From Mobula hypostoma (lineage: Eukaryota), in NCBI RefSeq assembly GCF_963921235.1, contig NC_086097.1, positions 221,156,001 through 221,220,000 on the forward strand: a stretch of DNA of 64,000 nucleotides. The letters run 5' to 3'. Shown here piece by piece: positions 62,864-64,000 of the stretch. Positions within the stretch are counted from its first letter, which is position 1. Each line of letters begins with the position of its first letter. A program made the position numbers and the translations under genes. Below the pieces are notes generated by a model that was not told the origin of the DNA, made no database searches, and worked only from the letters and a program-made list of their open reading frames with translations.

Positions 62864-63421
62864 CTCTATAAAACTCTGGTGAGGCCACACTTGGAGTACT
62901 GTGTCCAGTTCTGGTCACCTCACTATAGGAAGGATGTGGAAGCATTGGAAAGGGTACAGAGGAGATTTACCAGGATGCTGCCTGGTTTAGAAAGTATGCA
63001 TTATGATCAGAGATTAAGGGAGCTAGGGCTTTACTCTCTGGAGAGAAGGAGGATGAGAGGAGACATGATAGAGGTATATAAGATATTAAGAGGAATAGAT
63101 AGAGTGGATAGCCAGCGCCTCTTCCCCAGGGCACCACTGCTGAATAAAAGAGGACATGGCTTTAAGATAAAGGGTGGGAAGTTCAAGGGGGATATTAGAG
63201 GAAGGATTTTTACTCAGGGAGTGGTTGGTGAGTGGAATGCACTGCCTGAGTCAGTGGTGGAGGCAGACACACTAGTGAAATTAAAGAGACTACTAGACAG
63301 GTATATGGCAGAATTTAAGGTGGGGGGTTATATGGGAGGCAGGGTTGAAGAGTCGGCACAACTTTGTGGGCTGAAGGGCCTGTACTATGCTGTAGTATTC
63401 TACGTTCTATATGTTCTATGT

Positions 63422-63425
<4 letters not shown>
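62864..63425 (+). mobile_element. CR1 3' fragment
   Basis: LYKTLVRPHLEYCVQFWSPHYRKD...FTQGVVGEWNALP with a (TTCTATG)n tail. Confidence 0.92.

Positions 63426-63475
<50 letters not shown>
63425..63475. repeat. (AC)n microsatellite
   Basis: Read directly from the sequence. Confidence 0.98.
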
Positions 63476-63476
<1 letters not shown>

Positions 63477-64000
63477 TGTGTCATTCTTTCATGCTCCAGA
63501 GCAGCCACTCTGCTACCTGGTGTGAGCTGGTGTTGGCAGCTAATGCTGTTGGCCCCCTGCTGAACCAGCTACCATTAAATGGTCTGGCTGAAGGCTGCAA
63601 TCATGCAAATCCACAGGCTGCTCAAGCTGGCCTACTGCCCACATTGGAAGCGATATATGCAGGCTAATTCCAGTGCCCATTGCCAGGCCTATCAAACTTA
63701 GGCTCTGTGCCTTTAATGAAGGAGTACATCCCAAGGCGACTCCCAGGAGTTGAGTGAGAAAGTAGTTTCATGATACTTCCAAGATCATAATTAAACATGA
63801 TATCTTAACAGACTTAAGGCTGTGGAATTGAATACAATATTTCTATCCCATGGCTGAACCCAGGATTTACTTTAACTTTTGTATAATTATCTCAGGGGCC
63901 ATAATTTACTGGACCACCTGCCTTCACTTATCTGGTGGCGGGTTGAGATGAGCTGACCCTCAGCACTCAAGAGGAAAGCAGAGAGATGTGGTGAGGCAGC

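Noticed and set aside
62732..63667. 311-aa ORF as a host gene
   Set aside because: Its core is a CR1 RT C-terminus reading through the tail and the AC repeat (THTH run). The flanks have no recognisable protein features.
1..64000. CRISPR array, operon or prokaryotic defence system
   Set aside because: There are no regularly spaced repeat-spacer units or gene-dense regions. All RT and nuclease ORFs belong to eukaryotic transposable elements.

Overview
This is repeat-dominated vertebrate genomic DNA, either intergenic or deep intronic, and I cannot support any host protein-coding exon. The repeat content points to a cartilaginous fish, probably a ray: many CR1 LINEs with octamer tails, V-SINEs, DeuSINE-like relics and Penelope-derived short repeats (an inference). 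Nearly every ORF in the track is a retroelement or transposon fragment, or its antisense shadow. The main structures are: (1) a Gypsy element at 10880-20445 carrying two Rex1/Babar LINEs and a three-deep nest of CR1s; (2) back-to-back insertions at 37.0-46.5 kb, comprising a full-length IR/DR Tc1, a solo LTR holding a deleted hAT, a second solo LTR and a Gmr1-like element with the protease-integrase order; (3) a Penelope-like element (PLE) at 55494-58052 with a ~1 kb inverted duplication and a 14-bp target-site duplication (TSD), inserted into an older PLE; (4) eight minimal hammerhead-ribozyme motifs, intact or decayed, in PLE-derived tails, several with fold-back 5' inversions; (5) three copies of a non-autonomous Tc1 derivative whose end is a complete mini-MITE. 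Family names come from recognising motifs by eye, not from database searches. Boundaries without a stated TSD or terminal inverted repeat (TIR) are approximate.
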